Assembly (NCBI RefSeq): GCF_965641715.1
Contig: NZ_OZ282453.1
DNA length: 64,000 nucleotides
Reading direction: 5' to 3' (one strand)
Origin: Escherichia coli
GTDB lineage: Bacteria; Pseudomonadota; Gammaproteobacteria; Enterobacterales; Enterobacteriaceae
Shown: positions 63,100 to 64,000 of the stretch, piece by piece
Position numbering within the stretch: the first letter of the stretch is position 1
How the letters are laid out: each line of letters opens with the position of its first letter
Program-made: the position numbers and the translations under genes
The notes under the pieces: generated by a model
Seen by the model: only the letters and a program-made list of their open reading frames with translations
Told to the model about the DNA's origin: nothing
The model's database searches: none

Positions 63100-64000
63100 A
63101 TGTTCCAGTTATCCGTACAGGACATCCATCCGGGCGAAAAGGCCGGAGACAAAGAAGAGGCGATTCGCCAGGTCGCTGCGGCGCTGGTGCAGGCCGGTAA
63201 TGTAGCAGAAGGCTACGTCAATGGCATGCTGGCGCGCGAACAGCAAACCTCAACGTTCCTCGGCAATGGTATTGCTATTCCACACGGCACTACTGACACC
63301 CGCGATCAGGTGCTGAAAACCGGCGTTCAGGTATTTCAGTTCCCGGAAGGCGTCACCTGGGGTGACGGTCAGGTAGCGTACGTGGCAATCGGTATTGCTG
63401 CCAGCTCGGATGAACATCTGGGCCTGCTACGCCAGCTGACCCACGTACTGAGCGATGATTCCGTTGCTGAACAACTGAAGTCAGCAACAACAGCAGAAGA
63501 ACTTCGCGCATTGCTGATGGGCGAAAAACAGAGTGAGCAGCTGAAGCTCGACAACGAAATGCTGACGCTGGATATCGTCGCCAGCGATCTGCTGACTCTT
63601 CAGGCGCTGAACGCTGCGCGTCTGAAAGAGGCGGGGGCAGTTGACGCCTCTTTCGTCACCAAAGCCATCAATGAACAACCGCTGAATCTCGGACAGGGTA
63701 TCTGGCTGAGCGATAGCGCCGAAGGCAATCTGCGTAGCGCGATTGCTGTAAGCCGTGCGGCAAATGCTTTTGATGTGGACGGAGAAACGGCAGCCATGCT
63801 GGTGAGTGTGGCGATGAATGACGATCAGCCCATTGCGGTTCTTAAGCGTCTCGCTGATTTGTTGCTCGACAATAAAGCTGACCGCTTGCTGAAAGCGGAT
63901 GCGGCAACGTTGCTGGCGCTGCTGACCAGCGATGATGCGCCGACCGACGACGTGTTAAGCGCGGAGTTTGTGGTGCGCAATGAACACGGCCTGCATGCTC
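63100..64000 (+). CDS. fruB: Fructose PTS multiphosphoryl transfer protein FruB (EIIA-Fru / FPr), 5' portion; runs off the window end
   Basis: ATG at 63100 preceded by AGGAG; [35 protein letters not shown]...; frame open to position 64000. Absent from the ORF track because no stop lies within the window. Confidence 0.9.
   Translation, partial: MFQLSVQDIHPGEKAGDKEEAIRQVAAALVQAGNVAEGYVNGMLAREQQTSTFLGNGIAIPHGTTDTRDQVLKTGVQVFQFPEGVTWGDGQVAYVAIGIAASSDEHLGLLRQLTHVLSDDSVAEQLKSATTAEELRALLMGEKQSEQLKLDNEMLTLDIVASDLLTLQALNAARLKEAGAVDASFVTKAINEQPLNLGQGIWLSDSAEGNLRSAIAVSRAANAFDVDGETAAMLVSVAMNDDQPIAVLKRLADLLLDNKADRLLKADAATLLALLTSDDAPTDDVLSAEFVVRNEHGLHA

Overview
This window is a contiguous stretch of Escherichia coli-type chromosome that I recognise gene by gene from the translated ORFs. 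It runs, in reverse orientation to the K-12 map, from the 3' end of yfaA through fruB: yfaA-yfaT-yfaS-yfaQ-yfaP | rcsC, rcsB, rcsD | micF, ompC | apbE, ada-alkB, yojI, mqo | eco | napFDAGHBC-ccmABCDEFGH | narP | yejO | proL | yejM, yejL, yejK, rplY, radD(yejH), rsuA, bcr, yejG | yejFEBA | pdeN(rtn), mepS, lpxT, yeiR, yeiQ, yeiP, yeiW, setB | fruB (5' part). Almost every gene is a well-characterised core gene at its expected position. I found no IS element, integrase, prophage remnant, CRISPR array, toxin-antitoxin pair or recognisable defence island, and no gene whose presence is unexplained. The least understood system here is the five-gene yfaATSQP cluster (1-7966), which encodes a thioester-less alpha-2-macroglobulin homologue with four co-transcribed secreted partners. 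It is poorly characterised rather than undescribed; I recall a homologous operon (mag) studied in Pseudomonas aeruginosa. Relative to my memory of K-12 the strain differs in three ways: yfaS is intact, the ato locus is absent between yfaP and rcsC, and yejO is an uninterrupted autotransporter gene. Intergenic regions carry REP/BIME repeats, including a three-copy 113-bp tandem array, and the expected regulatory sites (micF/OmpR, Ada box, FNR and NarP sites at napF, Cra operators at fruB). All identifications are from reading the sequence and from memory of protein families; no database search was run, and gene starts marked as adjusted rest on recalled reference lengths.
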